Shown here one piece after another: positions 27,582-35,974 of a DNA stretch of 64,000 nucleotides. The stretch is taken from NCBI GenBank assembly GCA_965276675.1, contig OZ255624.1, positions 2,362,943-2,426,942 on the forward strand, written 5' to 3'. Numbering within the stretch: position 1 is the first letter of the stretch; every line of letters begins with the position of its first letter. A model generated the notes under the pieces. It was not told the DNA's origin and searched no databases. It saw only the letters and a program-made list of their open reading frames with translations. The DNA comes from Acidobacteriaceae bacterium (GTDB taxonomy: Bacteria; Acidobacteriota; Terriglobia; Terriglobales; Acidobacteriaceae). The translations under genes and the position numbers were made by a program.

Positions 27582-28670
27582 ATGAGCCGTAGAATGAACT
27601 CCATGCTGCTGCAAGGACTCTTTCCCGCAATGACGACTCCCTTTGGACCAGATGGCCAGGCGAACTGGCACGATCTGGAACGCAATGTAGAGCGCTACTC
27701 GCGCACACCGGTAGCGGGTCTGGTTGTTCTTGGGTCCACAGGTGAAGCGGTGATGTTAAGCGATGAGGAGTCGAGGCACGCTCTGCATGTTGCCCAGGGA
27801 GCAGCGGCGCAGGATAAGGTGCTGATTGCGGGCGTGGGGCGGGAGAGCCTGATCGAGACATTGCGCCTGATCGAAGAAGCGGCCAAGCAGCACTTCGATG
27901 TGGCGCTGGTGCGGACGCCGCACTTCTATCGTCCGCAAATGCGGCCAGCGGAGATGCTGAACTATTACCGGATGGTGGCGGACAGCTCGCCTTTGCCGGT
28001 GTTGCTCTACAGCGTGCCCGGGTGTACGGCGTATGACTTACCGGTGGAGGTTGTGGCCGAGCTCGCCAGCCATCCCAACATCATTGGCATAAAAGATTCG
28101 AGCGGCAAGGTGGAGCGAATTCGCGCCATCGTGGAGGGAACTGCTTCGTCACCTCGACGCACCGTCACCGTCACGTCAATTTTTACTGCCGTGACGGATC
28201 GTATGCTGATGGCGCAGAGCGAGGCTGCCGCGCTCTCAACGACGCTGTTGCCGGTCGGCTTGCTGGGCACGGGCGAGTTTGTGGGCTCAGCAACGTCCAT
28301 GGTGCCGCAGATCAAAACCCGCACACGCGAGGTTGGCTTTCAGGTTCTGTGCGGATCGGCGCAGGCGTTTCACGCCTCCCTCGATGCGGGAGCGAGCGGG
28401 GGCGTGCTGGCGATGGCGGCCTTTGCCCCGCAAGCATGCGCGGAGGTCTACATGGCGTGGAAAGACAAGGATGGCGCGCTCGCGGAAGAGAAACAGGCCC
28501 GCTTGATGACCGCGGCAGATACGGTCTGTGGGCGCTTCGGAGTCCCAGGCGTGAAGTATGCCTGCGACGTGAATGGCTACTATGGTGGCCTGCCGCGATT
28601 GCCCTTGCTGCCGCTTACGGGTGAGGAGAAGCAGCAGGTGGAGATGCTTCTGCGAGATGTGCGTCACTAG
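27582..28670 (+). CDS. dihydrodipicolinate synthase (DapA/NAL) family protein with internal insertion
   Basis: GLFPAMTTPF..., VVLGSTGEAVMLSDEE, the Schiff-base Lys context IIGIKDSSG, and the C-terminal PRLPLLPLTGEEK. The start is ambiguous (27582, 27594 or 27603). Confidence 0.8.
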   Translation: MSRRMNSMLLQGLFPAMTTPFGPDGQANWHDLERNVERYSRTPVAGLVVLGSTGEAVMLSDEESRHALHVAQGAAAQDKVLIAGVGRESLIETLRLIEEAAKQHFDVALVRTPHFYRPQMRPAEMLNYYRMVADSSPLPVLLYSVPGCTAYDLPVEVVAELASHPNIIGIKDSSGKVERIRAIVEGTASSPRRTVTVTSIFTAVTDRMLMAQSEAAALSTTLLPVGLLGTGEFVGSATSMVPQIKTRTREVGFQVLCGSAQAFHASLDAGASGGVLAMAAFAPQACAEVYMAWKDKDGALAEEKQARLMTAADTVCGRFGVPGVKYACDVNGYYGGLPRLPLLPLTGEEKQQVEMLLRDVRH

Positions 28671-28712
28671 AGCGAATTTCCTGCTGCTATGCACCACTGA
28701 TGTTGGTGATGT

Positions 28713-28738
28713 GCGGCTTTTCTTGACGGAAAAGCCGC
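28713..28738 (+). terminator. stem-loop after the DapA-family gene
   Basis: GCGGCTTTTC (28713-28722) pairs with GAAAAGCCGC (28729-28738) around a 6-nt loop, 43 nt after the stop. There is no clear T-tract. Confidence 0.45.
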
Positions 28739-29025
28739 GCGATCTTTCAGGAAATCCGCTCTAGCCCGCTGATGCGCAACGATGATGGTGTTCGAAATCT
28801 TAGCCTTAGATCGAAGCAGTTCACCGGCTTGGTTACGCGGTTGAGGTTTGAACCGCGACCGTTGAGCCTTCACTTGGGCAGGGCAAAGCAGGGCGCTGAC
28901 TTATAATAAAAAATTGCTGGAACGGGTTTTGTGCCTGTGTGTGCGCTGCTCTTTGAAGGCAGCTGAGCGGAAAGCATCCGAGTGCGCACTCGGGTTATCT
29001 TTTCAAGTGGAAGGAACTCCGTTAC

Positions 29026-30879
29026 ATGGCGACAGGAGATATTGCTCTAAACGCTTCTCAGGCGTCAGCAGGGCAGGACGAGACCGCTCCGAAGCGGATC
29101 GTCAACGATTTCAGTATTCAGGTAGCCACGGTCAACGGCTCGGGGTCGCAATCCGCGAATAATGTATTGCTCAAGAGCATCTTTGCCATGGGCATCCCGG
29201 TGAGCGGCAAGAATCTCTTCCCCTCCAACATTGCTGGTTTGCCAACGTGGTACACCATTCGCGCCAGCAAACATGGCTATCTCGCGCGCAAGAAGGAGAT
29301 CGATCTTCTGGTCGCGATGAATCCGGAGACGGCGAAAGACGACATCCTTTCGCTACCCGCCGGTGGCGTGGCGATCTATGAAGAGTCGCAGAACCTGAAG
29401 CAACATCGCGATGACGTGGTCTGCTATCCGGTGCCCTTTGATAAGCTCACGGCCGTAGCGTGTCCGGAGGCGCGGCTCCGTAAGCTCGTCAAAAACATGA
29501 TCTATGTCGGCGTGGTGGCTAAGCTGATCGACATGGACCTCCAGGCAGTCGAGAGCTCGGTGCGGCGGCAGTTTGCTAAAAAGCAGAAGGCCGCCGAGAT
29601 GAACTGGGCAGCAGTGAAGGCCGGCTATGACTATGCGGCATTGTCGTTGGTAAAGCAGGATGGGCTGGTACTCGAGCGCATGCATGCGACGGACGGCAAG
29701 ATCATCATCGACGGCAACTCGGCCGCGGCGCTGGGTGCACTCTTCGCAGGCGTAACGGTAGTGACCTGGTATCCCATTACGCCGTCGTCTTCGGTAATCG
29801 AAAACCTCATTGACTATCTCAAGAAATACCGCATCGCTGACGATGGCAAGGCGACCTTTGCGGTGGTGCAGGCGGAAGACGAACTTGCCGCCGTGGGTAT
29901 GGTGCTGGGTGCAGGATGGGCAGGAGCGCGGTCGATGACCGCCACATCAGGTCCGGGCATCTCGCTGATGGCGGAGTTCACCGGACTAGGTTACTTCGCG
30001 GAGTTGCCGGGCGTGATCTTCGACGTGCAGCGGGTCGGGCCTTCGACGGGCATGCCCACGCGCACAGCGCAGGGAGACCTGCTCTCGGTCGCCTTCCTCT
30101 CTCACGGCGATACCAAGCACGTGATACTGCTACCAGGGTCGGTCAAGGAGTGCTACGAGTTCGCCATGGCGGCGTTCGATCTAACGGAGCAGCTGCAGAC
30201 CCCGGTCTTCGTGCTCTCCGATCTCGATCTCGGCATGAACAGCTGGCTAGCGGAGCCGTTCGCGTATCCGGAGAGACCCCTCAATCGTGGAAAGGTGTTG
30301 GACGCTGCCGATCTTACACGGCTGGGCAGTTTTGCCAGGTACAAAGACGTGGACGGTGATGCGATCCCGTACCGCACTCTGCCGGGAACAGAGCACCCCG
30401 CGGCCTCGTATTTCACGCGTGGCAGCGGCCACAACGAGCGGGCGCTCTACTCCGAACGTCCGGACGACTACCAGTATCAGATGGAGCGATTGGCGCGGAA
30501 GTTCGAAACCGCGCGCACGCTGGTACCTGCACCGATCACGATCGCGAACGGCACGTCGAAGGTAGGGCTGATCGCGTACGGCACCTCAGACTTTGCCGTG
30601 ACCGAAAGCCGCGATCAGCTGCGCAAGGAGTACGGCATCGAGATGGACTACCTGCGGGTGCGCGCTTATCCCTTCTCCAAAGAGGTTCATGAATTTGTCG
30701 CAACACACGACCGCGTGTATGTGATCGAGCAGAATCGCGATGCGCAGATGATGAGCCTGCTGAAGCTTGACCTGCCAGCAGTGGAGATCGTCCGGCTGCG
30801 TAGCGTGCGGCACTACAACGGCTTGCCCATGGATGCGCGCAGCGTGACCGATGAGCTGGTGATGCAGGAGGGATTGTAA
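29026..30879 (+). CDS. korA: 2-oxoacid:ferredoxin oxidoreductase, alpha subunit
   Basis: 617 aa. FSIQVATVNGSGSQSANNVL (gamma-like N-terminus fused to alpha) and TWYPITPSS...AEDELAA...TATSGPGISLM. The 2-oxoglutarate substrate assignment is tentative. Confidence 0.88.
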   Translation: MATGDIALNASQASAGQDETAPKRIVNDFSIQVATVNGSGSQSANNVLLKSIFAMGIPVSGKNLFPSNIAGLPTWYTIRASKHGYLARKKEIDLLVAMNPETAKDDILSLPAGGVAIYEESQNLKQHRDDVVCYPVPFDKLTAVACPEARLRKLVKNMIYVGVVAKLIDMDLQAVESSVRRQFAKKQKAAEMNWAAVKAGYDYAALSLVKQDGLVLERMHATDGKIIIDGNSAAALGALFAGVTVVTWYPITPSSSVIENLIDYLKKYRIADDGKATFAVVQAEDELAAVGMVLGAGWAGARSMTATSGPGISLMAEFTGLGYFAELPGVIFDVQRVGPSTGMPTRTAQGDLLSVAFLSHGDTKHVILLPGSVKECYEFAMAAFDLTEQLQTPVFVLSDLDLGMNSWLAEPFAYPERPLNRGKVLDAADLTRLGSFARYKDVDGDAIPYRTLPGTEHPAASYFTRGSGHNERALYSERPDDYQYQMERLARKFETARTLVPAPITIANGTSKVGLIAYGTSDFAVTESRDQLRKEYGIEMDYLRVRAYPFSKEVHEFVATHDRVYVIEQNRDAQMMSLLKLDLPAVEIVRLRSVRHYNGLPMDARSVTDELVMQEGL

Positions 30880-31937
30880 TGGCAACAACGACCGTGACGA
30901 ATACTCCCGCACCCAAGGCGCCGAAGACCAACCGGCTGGGACTGCAAGTGCTGGACTACCGCGGGGGCAAGACGACCCTCTGCGCAGGCTGCGGGCACAA
31001 CGCTATCTCGGAGCGGATTGTCGATGCCATGTACGAGATGGGCATCCAGCCCGAGCGGGTGATGAAGCTCTCCGGTATTGGCTGCTCGTCGAAGAGCCCT
31101 GCTTACTTTATGAGCCGCGCGCACAGCTTCAACAGCGTGCACGGGCGCATGCCTTCCGTCGCGACCGGCGCCCTGTTGGCTAACCGCACCATGATGGGGC
31201 TGGGCGTAAGCGGCGACGGGGACACTGCGTCGATCGGCATGGGGCAGTTCGTGCACCTGCTGCGCCGCAATCTGCCGATGATCTACATCATCGAAGACAA
31301 CGGCGTTTATGGGCTCACCAAAGGGCAGTTCTCGGCGACGGCCGATGTGGGTTCAACCTTGAAAACGGGCGTGATCAACGACCTGCCCGCAATCGATACC
31401 TGCACGCTGGCTGTGCAACTTGGCGCAACCTTTGTGGGCCGGTCGTTCTCTGGCGACAAGCGGCAGCTGCTGGCGATGATCAAAGCAGCCACCGCACACA
31501 AGGGAACCGTGATGCTCGATGTGATCTCGCCGTGTGTCACCTTCAACGATCACGAAGGCTCAACGAAGAGCTACAAGTACATGCAGGAACACGAGGAGCC
31601 TATCTCCGAAGTGGGCTTTGTACCGCACTTCGAGGATATCGCCGTCGACTACGACCCGGGCTCAACCTACGATGTCGAGATGCATGACGGGTCGCACCTG
31701 CGCCTACGCAAGCTGCACGAAGACTACAACCCGACGGACCGCATTGCAGCAGTGAAGGCACTTATGGAGGCTCACCAACGGGGCGAGGTGCTCACCGGCG
31801 TCTTCTACGTCGATACGCAGAAACCAAGCTTTACCGACCTGCTGAACCTCGTACCAGAACCATTGGCAACGCTGCCGCAGGAGCGGACGCGGCCGCCCAA
31901 GGCCGTGCTGGATGCGGTAATGGAGAGACATCGCTAG
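30879..31937 (+). CDS. korB: 2-oxoacid:ferredoxin oxidoreductase, beta (TPP-binding) subunit
   Basis: The start overlaps the korA stop (TAATG). LCAGCGHNAI and the TPP box GVSGDGDTASIGMGQF...IIEDNGVYGLTKGQ are present. Confidence 0.88.
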   Translation: MATTTVTNTPAPKAPKTNRLGLQVLDYRGGKTTLCAGCGHNAISERIVDAMYEMGIQPERVMKLSGIGCSSKSPAYFMSRAHSFNSVHGRMPSVATGALLANRTMMGLGVSGDGDTASIGMGQFVHLLRRNLPMIYIIEDNGVYGLTKGQFSATADVGSTLKTGVINDLPAIDTCTLAVQLGATFVGRSFSGDKRQLLAMIKAATAHKGTVMLDVISPCVTFNDHEGSTKSYKYMQEHEEPISEVGFVPHFEDIAVDYDPGSTYDVEMHDGSHLRLRKLHEDYNPTDRIAAVKALMEAHQRGEVLTGVFYVDTQKPSFTDLLNLVPEPLATLPQERTRPPKAVLDAVMERHR

Positions 31938-31957
31938 ACCAGACGCTTGGCCGCGAA

Positions 31958-34534
31958 TCAGAACCGGAAGCGAGTGGTGAATTGCAAGCGGCGCGCAGGC
32001 AGTGCGGTGGTTGGCTGCAGAAAGAAGCGTGACTGTATATTCCCCACGTAGCCTCCATAATTCGTACGGTTCGGTACGTTGAAGGCATCGAAGGCGAAGG
32101 TAATGGAGGGGGATGCGTCCTTGAGCGTTTTTTTCAGAAGCAGCTCATGGGACCAGCGCAGGTCGAGATCGGCATAGCCTCCACTCTGGAGAGTGTTGCG
32201 GTTCACCCCGGGCGGCCGGGCGTTTAGGATTCCGGTTCTGAATGTGTCTACGCCCGAGATCTCCGTGTATGGAGTGCCCGAGTACAGGTTTGCGGCGACG
32301 CCCAGACTGAGCCAGTGTCCCTCATTCAGCGTTCCCAGAATGTTGAAGCGATGGCGCTGATCGAAGTCTGCGCGGCTGTATTCGCCAGCTAAGTCGTACT
32401 GGTTTGCTGGAAACCACGCGACGCCGCCCGTGTTGTTATCGGTGTGGCTCCAAGTGTATTGGGCCAGGCCGCTAAACCACCGCCCAGCCCGCCCCTGAAA
32501 GGTGATGTCGAGTGCGTTCGAGGTCTGTCGTCCCTGGGCTTCGATCTGGCGCACAACGCCGAGGCCTTCATCTGGACGCGCGATGTACGCCGGTCCAAAT
32601 GGAGCATTCACATCGCGCGAACGGAAGATACCGATTCCTAAATTGCCGCGGTAGGTCAGCGCAAATGTCGCTCCTTTTGCGAGCTGGCGCTCCAATCCAA
32701 AGCTGTAGTGGGCAGAGTAGGGGATATGAATTGCCGGTCCGCGCTGCACCAGATCAGTGGGATAGTTTGCCACACTCTGGCCTGGTGGCAAGGGATCGGG
32801 AAAGCTTGGGTTGAGAATGGTGAAAGAGCGTAGCACCACCCCGTTGAAGCGTTTCAGATCGGCAATGGGTGTTGAGCCGGAACGGTCATAGAAGAGACCA
32901 GCGCCGAGACGCAGAACGGTCTTGCGGTCCCGGCCTGCAGCATAAGCGACAGAAAAGCGTGGCGCGAAGTCGTGGGGAGATTCGAAGTACGTCTGCCAGT
33001 CATACCGCAGGCCGAGTGACACTTGCAGGGCCGGATTTACCTGAATCTGGTCTTGAATAAATGTGCCGAGCTCGTTGTACCAAAACACTGCACGCCCCAG
33101 TCCTTGCTGCTGCGTGAAAGAGTACGGCCGCTGCGCGACGTAGTCTGCCAGGCTCGAATATTTGTAAGTTCCCAAGCGATTCGCATGATCCTCCCACGCT
33201 CTCCGGCTTAGATTCGGAATCGTGATGCCAGCCTTGATGTAATGCTTGCCCTTGCTCCAACTCAGGATCTCGTTGATCTTCATATTGTTTTCAGTGTCGA
33301 GCCTGTCGGCTTGCGCGCCGCCAGTGGTGAAAGCGCCATCGACGATGATCTTCTGCCCGGTGAAGACGCTTCGTGTTGGATTGTGATCTTTTTCGAGAAA
33401 GAGTTGTAGCTGATTCACCAGGCGAGGAGAGAGTGTGAGCTGGTCGTTGAAGACGATGTCGTCTTCCCGAGCTTGCGCATTCACTCCAGTTTGCCCCAGC
33501 ACCAAGCCACCCACTCCTCCATTGCGCGTGATGGTGTCTTGCACGTTGTACTGCAATGAAACGCGGTGATTCGGGCTGAATTCGTGGGCTACGCGGAATG
33601 CGAGCTCGGTGTTGCGCAGCGGGGTGGGCACGTTCGCCGAGACGATTCCGGTTGTAGTGAAGGCGTGGACGGTGGTTTGCAGATCATCCTCTTGCCTGGT
33701 GCCGGAGACGAGAAATGTCGTCTTCCCATCGGGAAGCGCTGGGCCGGTGATGGAGCCCTCATAGATGCGGCGCTGCTCGGGCGGCCGGACTAGGGCGAAA
33801 GCATTTTTAGCGTCCAGTGCCGAATCGCGGAAGGTGAAATTGAAGGTGCCATGGAACTGTGGTGTTCCGGTCTTGGTGATGATCTCGATGCGGCCTTTGC
33901 CGGGCCGGTTCGATTCTGCGCTATACGGATCGTTATTGATCCGTATGCCCTGAATCGCGGAGGCAGAGACGCCGGTGCCCTTCATCTCGACCCCGTCGAC
34001 CACAATCGTCGGACCGCCAGTAGAGACGCCAGTCTGGTCCAAGAAAGGGGAGAGCGCGGCTATGTAGTTCTGATCCAGCACCGGTAGCTTTTCGAGCATC
34101 TGGCCGCTGGTCGCGATCTGATCGCGGTTCTCTGTGGGATCGATGCTGACGGCGGCTCCGTCTGCAGCAACGTCCACGCGCTCGTTCACCTGCTCCAACG
34201 CAAGCCGGACTTCTAAAAGCGGAAGCGGCGAAGTGGCGACCTTTATTTGAAGCTGTTGCTCGCTAAAGCCACGCGTTGCCGGGATGAAGAGGGAGTACGT
34301 GCCGGCAGGCAAAGTCGAAAACTGAAATCGGCCAGAGCTATTCGTTGTGACGTGCTGCAGGGTGACTCCATCGGCTGAATTGATCAGCACCGCCGCTTCT
34401 GAAACAACATTGCCAGAGGGATCGAAGACCGTTCCACTCATGCGGCTCTGCGCGAGCAGTGCCACTCCGCCTTGCATGAGAAAGAAGAGAGCTAAAGTGA
34501 TTCGGGTTGAGGCTGAGAAGAACCAGAGCATCAC
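31958..34534 (-). CDS. TonB-dependent receptor-like outer-membrane protein with carboxypeptidase-regulatory-like N-domain
   Basis: Signal peptide, then SGTVFDPSGNVVSEAAVLI...TNSSGRFQFSTLPAGTYSLFI (CarboxypepD_reg-like), a plug-like region, a long beta-barrel and a C-terminal aromatic residue (...FTTRFRF). Confidence 0.85.
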   Translation of the reverse strand: MMLWFFSASTRITLALFFLMQGGVALLAQSRMSGTVFDPSGNVVSEAAVLINSADGVTLQHVTTNSSGRFQFSTLPAGTYSLFIPATRGFSEQQLQIKVATSPLPLLEVRLALEQVNERVDVAADGAAVSIDPTENRDQIATSGQMLEKLPVLDQNYIAALSPFLDQTGVSTGGPTIVVDGVEMKGTGVSASAIQGIRINNDPYSAESNRPGKGRIEIITKTGTPQFHGTFNFTFRDSALDAKNAFALVRPPEQRRIYEGSITGPALPDGKTTFLVSGTRQEDDLQTTVHAFTTTGIVSANVPTPLRNTELAFRVAHEFSPNHRVSLQYNVQDTITRNGGVGGLVLGQTGVNAQAREDDIVFNDQLTLSPRLVNQLQLFLEKDHNPTRSVFTGQKIIVDGAFTTGGAQADRLDTENNMKINEILSWSKGKHYIKAGITIPNLSRRAWEDHANRLGTYKYSSLADYVAQRPYSFTQQQGLGRAVFWYNELGTFIQDQIQVNPALQVSLGLRYDWQTYFESPHDFAPRFSVAYAAGRDRKTVLRLGAGLFYDRSGSTPIADLKRFNGVVLRSFTILNPSFPDPLPPGQSVANYPTDLVQRGPAIHIPYSAHYSFGLERQLAKGATFALTYRGNLGIGIFRSRDVNAPFGPAYIARPDEGLGVVRQIEAQGRQTSNALDITFQGRAGRWFSGLAQYTWSHTDNNTGGVAWFPANQYDLAGEYSRADFDQRHRFNILGTLNEGHWLSLGVAANLYSGTPYTEISGVDTFRTGILNARPPGVNRNTLQSGGYADLDLRWSHELLLKKTLKDASPSITFAFDAFNVPNRTNYGGYVGNIQSRFFLQPTTALPARRLQFTTRFRF

Positions 34535-34834
34535 TCCAAAATAACCCGTTTCGTCGAGCGATTGGTTACAAACAACTTAAAGATAGCTTAAGACCGCGTG
34601 TCCGCAGAATGCTGCGAACGATTCCAGAAGCACAGGACGGCAACTCTGGAAATTCAGCTAATCCTAAGCCATTGTTAACCGATTAATTACGCCATTCTCA
34701 CCGGGATCAGTTTCTTTCCAAGTATCTTCGTCGCCAGTACCCAGGGAGCTTCCAGCAGGGCTCGTAGGCTATGTGTCTGAACGCAACGCACGTAGCCACT
34801 CGCCGCAGCGCTCCTCGGGACTTCGGAGGCATTC

Positions 34835-35974
34835 ATGGCGAATTATCTAAAATCCTTGGCTGTGTTGTTTGCAGTTACACTCGCAGGCCAAAGCTTTGCG
34901 CAGTCCGCACCGGCTAAGAACATCATCCTCTTTCTCGGGGATGGTACCGGCGTTTCGAGTTTGAATGCGGCCAGCATTTATGGATATAACAAGCCTCAGT
35001 CACTCTACATCCAGAGCTTCCCAGGGCTCGCGCTCGCGGACACTTCCACGGCCACACAGTGGGTCACAGACGGCGCAGCTGGAGCCACTGCATATGCCAC
35101 AGGGGTCAAGACGAACAACGCAGTGCTGTCGCAATCGTCCTCCGCAGTGAAAGACCAGCAGGATGGCGAGATACTAAAAACCTTCTTTGAATACGCGAAG
35201 GAGCACGGCCTTGCTACGGGCGCGGTCTCTAATGATGAACGGATCGGCGTTGCCGTTGCGCTCACCGCTGCATTCTTCGCTCACAACAATGATCGCGGCA
35301 AGGCCGGAGAGATCTTCGAACAGATCCTAACGCCGCATACCGGAGCAGGGCTGGACGTTGCCATCAGCGGCGGTCGCCAGGAGATATTGAAGCAGACCGC
35401 GGCCATGGGCCATAACGTCGGCGCAGAGCTCAAAGGCCACGGCTATACCTTCGTTGACTCTATGGAGGCGCTGCAGGCCGTCAGTCCTAGTCAGACCAAA
35501 GTCGTCATGCTGGACAACGATCTGGATATGCCGATCAAGCCGGCGGTCGATGCGGCCATCGCACACCTCTCGAGTAATCCAAAAGGCTTTGCACTCGTTG
35601 TTTTTTCCGACTGCCACACCGGCAAGACGAAGACCTCACTCCAGCGCATTGTGGAATTGGACAATGTTGTTCGTGAAGTGGCGCAAAAGCACAAAGACGA
35701 CTCCTTGATTATGTGGACTGCAGACCACAGCTATGATCTGCGGATCAAAGGCGAAGCACTGACCGAGACTCTAAAGAAAAATGAGGGCAAGAAGATTACG
35801 TCTGCGGTTTCGCTTGAAGACGAGCACACGGCCGAGGAGGTCCCCGTACTTGCGATCGGGCCGGGTTCTCAGCGTGTCCATGGGTGGATCTCGAACACTG
35901 ATGTCTTTCACATCCTGATGGCAGCACCGGGCTGGGAGGAGGCGAGCGCCGCCGGTATGGGAGGCTCCAGATGA
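34835..35974 (+). CDS. alkaline phosphatase (PhoA) family protein lacking the canonical Ser nucleophile
   Basis: Signal peptide. AKNIILFLGDGTGVSS (compare PhoA NIILLIGDGMGDSE), WVTDGAAGATAYATGVKT (compare YVTDSAASATAWSTGVKT), TADHSYD (compare TADHAHA) and EDEHTAEEVPVLAIGPG (compare SQEHTGSQLRIAAYGP). A GGAGG RBS is present. Confidence 0.8.
   Translation: MANYLKSLAVLFAVTLAGQSFAQSAPAKNIILFLGDGTGVSSLNAASIYGYNKPQSLYIQSFPGLALADTSTATQWVTDGAAGATAYATGVKTNNAVLSQSSSAVKDQQDGEILKTFFEYAKEHGLATGAVSNDERIGVAVALTAAFFAHNNDRGKAGEIFEQILTPHTGAGLDVAISGGRQEILKQTAAMGHNVGAELKGHGYTFVDSMEALQAVSPSQTKVVMLDNDLDMPIKPAVDAAIAHLSSNPKGFALVVFSDCHTGKTKTSLQRIVELDNVVREVAQKHKDDSLIMWTADHSYDLRIKGEALTETLKKNEGKKITSAVSLEDEHTAEEVPVLAIGPGSQRVHGWISNTDVFHILMAAPGWEEASAAGMGGSR

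Noticed and set aside
27022-27861. 279-aa minus-strand ORF overlapping the low-complexity gene and the DapA-family 5' end
   Set aside because: It has no motifs and is Ser/Arg/Pro/Leu-rich. It overlaps the 5' part of the DapA-family ORF, and the third-position GC bias favours the plus-strand frames.
28836-28857. 7-bp hairpin CGCGGTT/AACCGCG in the korA upstream spacer, considered as a tRNA T-arm or ncRNA
   Set aside because: The 8-nt loop lacks the TTCRA signature and there is no flanking acceptor or anticodon arm. It may simply be a structural element of the leader. A perfect TATAAT at 28902-28907 has no suitably spaced -35, so it was not annotated as a promoter.
34681-34699. Fur-box-like string GATTAATTACGCCATTCTC in the divergent receptor/PhoA-like promoter region
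   Set aside because: It matches only about 10 of 19 positions of the GATAATGATAATCATTATC consensus, which is not distinguishable from chance in an AT-richer spacer.
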